A stretch of 64,000 bases of DNA from an uncultured Solirubrobacteraceae bacterium (GTDB lineage: Bacteria > Actinomycetota > Thermoleophilia > Solirubrobacterales > Solirubrobacteraceae). Under the pieces are notes generated by a model. The model did no database searches and had not been told where the DNA came from. It saw nothing but the letters and a program-made list of their open reading frames with translations. Location of the stretch: NCBI GenBank assembly GCA_963734225.1, contig CAVTGI010000005.1:79176-143175 (forward strand), in the 5' to 3' direction. Below are positions 61,268-64,000 of the stretch, piece by piece (position 1 is the first letter of the stretch; the number at the start of each line of letters is the position of its first letter). The translations under genes and the position numbers were made by a program.

Positions 61268-61726
61268 GTGCCCGTTTCCTCGTTTCGGTTTCGCCTCGAG
61301 CGCGTCCGTGTCGTGCGCGAGCGCAAGGAAAAGCTCGCCCAGCAGGAGCTCGCGCAGGCGATGTCGCGGCGGTCGAGCTCGCAGGCTGAGTTGAGCGTCA
61401 GCGATGCGCGCCTGGAGAGCGCGCGCGCCCAGCAGCGTAGCGCGGTGGGCGAGCCGACGACCCTCAGCGGTTTTGACCTGCTCGCCGGTCAGGCGTTCGT
61501 CGAGCGCATCGAGGCCCAGCGTGGCATGCACGCCATGGAACTGCAGCAGCGCGAGGCCGAGGTGGTCGAGCGCGACGCCAACCTGGCCAGCGCGGCCACC
61601 GAGCACGAGATGCTCAAGCGCCTGTCCGAGCGCCAGCGCGGCGAGCACGAGCGCGAGGTCGCGCGGGTCGAGCGCAACACGCTCGACGAGATCGCCACAG
61701 TGCGCTTTGGCAGGGGGATCGCATGA
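61268..61726 (+). CDS. fliJ: flagellar export protein FliJ
   Basis: Coiled-coil protein following fliI. 'FRFRLERVRVVRERKEKLAQQELAQA'. Start GTG 61268 (the track ORF begins at 61202). Confidence 0.7.
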   Translation: MPVSSFRFRLERVRVVRERKEKLAQQELAQAMSRRSSSQAELSVSDARLESARAQQRSAVGEPTTLSGFDLLAGQAFVERIEAQRGMHAMELQQREAEVVERDANLASAATEHEMLKRLSERQRGEHEREVARVERNTLDEIATVRFGRGIA

Positions 61727-62448
61727 GCGCCCAGACGCTCAGCCCGGTTGCCACCAGCGGGGCCGAAGTTGGCGCGCTCGCGGCGGCCCAACGAGTCCAC
61801 CAGCTGCAGGCACTGATCGAAGCCAGCCGCCAGGTTGCCTCCCCAAGCGTCGCGGCGAGCACAACTGCGGGCGCTCCGCCCCAGGGCGCCAGCGGCGACT
61901 TCGCCTCCGCGCTGCAGGCCGCCACCACCGCTGACGCCTCGGCGGCGTCCGGTGCGAGCGCAGGCGCGACAAGTTTGCCTGTCGCCTACCAGCCTGGCCT
62001 CCAGGGCTCCACAAGCGACGCTGAAGGCGGCGAATACGAAGCGCTGATCGACAACTCGGCCGCTCGCTACGGCTTGGACCCGGCTGTGCTGCACGGCCTG
62101 ATCGAGCAGGAGTCGGGCTTTGATCCCAGCGCGACCAGCGGCGCGGGCGCGATGGGCCTGACCCAGCTGATGCCCGGCACCGCATCCTCGCTGGGCGTGG
62201 CAAACCCCCTGGACCCGGCCGAATCGATCGAAGGCGGCGCGCGCTACTTGAGCCAGATGATGGCCCAGTTCGGCGGCAACACCGCCGAGGCCCTGGCCGC
62301 CTACAACGCCGGACCGGGAGCGGTCCAGCAGTACGGCGGTGTGCCGCCATACGCAGAAACCCAAAGCTACGTGACCAAAGTCCTGGGTAACGCCGAAGCC
62401 TACCGGCAGGCCCATCCCACGGCAGTTACTACGGGGGTGCCCGCATGA
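61723..62448 (+). CDS. lytic transglycosylase (SLT domain) embedded in the flagellar operon
   Basis: 'GLIEQESGFDPSATSGAGAMGLTQLMPGTA', 'AYNAGPGAV'. ATGA overlaps on both sides. Confidence 0.85.
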   Translation: MSAQTLSPVATSGAEVGALAAAQRVHQLQALIEASRQVASPSVAASTTAGAPPQGASGDFASALQAATTADASAASGASAGATSLPVAYQPGLQGSTSDAEGGEYEALIDNSAARYGLDPAVLHGLIEQESGFDPSATSGAGAMGLTQLMPGTASSLGVANPLDPAESIEGGARYLSQMMAQFGGNTAEALAAYNAGPGAVQQYGGVPPYAETQSYVTKVLGNAEAYRQAHPTAVTTGVPA

Positions 62449-64000
62449 CCGTCCTACCCGTCCTCGTCGCGGCGCCGCCGGCGCCCGACGCCGCTGGCGC
62501 TGCTCCACCGGGCGCCACGCCGCAGCCACCGGGCGGGCCGCCCTTCCACAGCGCGCTCGCAGAACAATGGGCCCGGACCGCCAATGCGGAAGGCCAAAGC
62601 AGCGGTGAAGCTAGCGGCGAAGGCACGCGCGCCCACGGCAAGGGGCACCACGCGACAGCCGGCCACCAGCTCGCAGCTGACTCAACGGCCACGGCGCCGG
62701 CAACAGCGACCGCGACTGCGAACGCGACGACAACGGCGTCCGCCAAGGGCGCCGGGTCATCGGTCTCAGCTGCACCTGTCAGCGCAGGGTTGGGCGCCGA
62801 ACCGCTCGCCACCGAGTCCGCCGACTCATCGGCCGGGTCCGCCGGCGGCGGACAGGCTCTCGCCGCGACCGGTCCCGGCGTGACGGCCGATACAGCCGGG
62901 GCTCCTACAGCGGCTCCGCAAGCCGCGGAAAAGCAGCCCGGCGTCGCGCCAGGGTCGGGCGCCGACAGCTCAGCCAACGGCGCTGGTCTGTTCTCGCAGG
63001 GCACAGGCGCGGCCACTGCCACCTCGGCGCGGCAGTCCACCGCTTCGCATGCCGCGCGCCCTGTGCAGGTCGCCACCGCGTCGCAGGCCACCGCCGCGTC
63101 GGCGCGGGCTGCCGGCGCATCGCAGGCCGCGGCCACATCGCAGGCTTCGGCAGGCGCCTCATCCACCACGCAGACCCCGCTGGCCTCCTCCAATCAGGAC
63201 CGCGCAGTGGCCGCTGGCGCCCCCACCGTGGCATCCACAGCCGAGCGCTCATCCGCCGCTGCGCCGACTGTCGCCGGCGGCGCTGGCAGCCCAGAAGGCG
63301 TTGGCGGCGAGACGGCATCGGCCCTCGCCGGCCAGTCAGACCAAGCAGCCGCACAGGCCACGACCGCAGCGGGCTCTGACGGTGCCTCCGGCCCGGGCGC
63401 GGTGCGGGTTGCGACGGCGCGCGGCCAGGCTGCGACAGCCGGCCTAGCAGCCGGCGACGCGAGCGCGTCTGCGTCGTCGGGCATAGCATCCGGGCAGGGT
63501 GGCGCGTCCGCGCATGCAGGCGGCCACGATGGCGCTCGCGACGGCAGGGGCCGCGCGGCCAGCCAGTCGGTCACGCTTGCGGGCTCCTCCGCGGGCTCAG
63601 CGGACGGGGAAGGCGCGAGCGCGGTCGTGGCCAGCTCGCTCGGCTCCGCCCAAGGCGCGGGCGCGTCCAGCGCGCTCGACGCGAGCTTTCCGGGCGGTCC
63701 GGCCGTCGATCTGCAGCAGGTCATCGATGCGGCTCGCGCAACGATCGAGATGGCGGCCCGACAGGGCGTCACGCAGGCTCGCATAGCGCTGCGACCGCAG
63801 GAGCTCGGCGACGTCCGCATCCACCTCAGCCAGAGCGCCGACGGACTGCTCGCGCGCGTCACCGCGGACACACCCGCTGCGGCGCAGGCGCTCGCCGAGG
63901 GCCGCGCCGAGCTGCACCGGTCGCTCAGCTCGCTCGGCGTCTCGCTGCTGCGCCTGGACATCGGCTCGTCCGGGCAGTCGCACACACAGGATCGCGAAGG
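62445..64000 (+). CDS. fliK: flagellar hook-length control protein FliK-like; 3' end outside window
   Basis: Frame 0 is open from ATG 62445 (ATGA overlap) to nt 64000. It is absent from the ORF track because it has no stop in the window. An Ala/Ser/Thr/Gly-rich region is followed by Flg_hook-like 'ARIALRPQELGDVRIHLSQSADGLLARVTADTPAAAQALAEGRAELHRSLSSLGVSLLRLDI'. Confidence 0.7.
   Translation, partial: MTVLPVLVAAPPAPDAAGAAPPGATPQPPGGPPFHSALAEQWARTANAEGQSSGEASGEGTRAHGKGHHATAGHQLAADSTATAPATATATANATTTASAKGAGSSVSAAPVSAGLGAEPLATESADSSAGSAGGGQALAATGPGVTADTAGAPTAAPQAAEKQPGVAPGSGADSSANGAGLFSQGTGAATATSARQSTASHAARPVQVATASQATAASARAAGASQAAATSQASAGASSTTQTPLASSNQDRAVAAGAPTVASTAERSSAAAPTVAGGAGSPEGVGGETASALAGQSDQAAAQATTAAGSDGASGPGAVRVATARGQAATAGLAAGDASASASSGIASGQGGASAHAGGHDGARDGRGRAASQSVTLAGSSAGSADGEGASAVVASSLGSAQGAGASSALDASFPGGPAVDLQQVIDAARATIEMAARQGVTQARIALRPQELGDVRIHLSQSADGLLARVTADTPAAAQALAEGRAELHRSLSSLGVSLLRLDIGSSGQSHTQDRE

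Noticed and set aside
62429-63985. Two long minus-strand ORFs (254 and 263 aa) covering the end of the window.
   Set aside because: Ala/Pro/Cys-rich mirror of the plus-strand frame-0 ORF. The plus-strand ORF ends in a recognisable FliK C-terminal domain and is ATGA-coupled to the upstream gene.

Overview
High-GC (about 70%) chromosomal segment from a flagellated bacterium. Gene content looks like Actinomycetota, possibly the Thermoleophilia/Conexibacter group; this assignment is low-confidence inference. I found no rRNA, tRNA, CRISPR array, transposase or integrase. In order, the window contains: (1) the end of an ABC permease gene and a urea-amidolyase-like catabolic operon (two DUF1989 proteins, a fused AHS2/AHS1 protein, allophanate hydrolase, formamidase, RidA); (2) a small accessory islet at 7.5-12 kb, with vapBC, an RHH antitoxin next to a frameshifted MazF-like toxin, and a STAND NTPase whose NB-ARC and TPR parts are separated by one in-frame TAG; (3) an MBL lactonase, a secreted beta-propeller and an ECF sigma/anti-sigma pair; (4) a circularly permuted ATP-grasp / alpha-E / transglutaminase triad; (5) a secreted hydrolase pseudogene broken by many frameshifts; (6) a TetR / M20 amidohydrolase / glutamine-synthetase-like / phytochelatin-synthase-like operon; (7) an uncharacterised three-gene secreted-protein module at 26.7-33.2 kb (small Cys protein, 7-bladed PD40-like propeller, 1103-aa four-module protein), which is my best candidate for an undescribed system; (8) housekeeping-type genes (VOC, acyl-CoA dehydrogenase, P450) and a lower-GC islet of three unknown genes; (9) a murL-murD2 pair, the alternative D-Glu route for peptidoglycan; (10) from 42.8 kb to the window end, a large flagellar locus (csrA-fliW-flgL-flgK-flgN-rod-binding-flgG-flgF, fliA, flaG-fliD-fliS-fliT-like, flgB-flgC-fliE-fliF-fliG-fliH-fliI-fliJ-SLT-fliK). 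This locus has five recurring sigma-28-type promoter motifs and is interrupted by a frameshifted TPR-TM-PKD-Ig-repeat surface-protein gene. Many long antisense ORFs in the track are GC-driven artefacts and were rejected.
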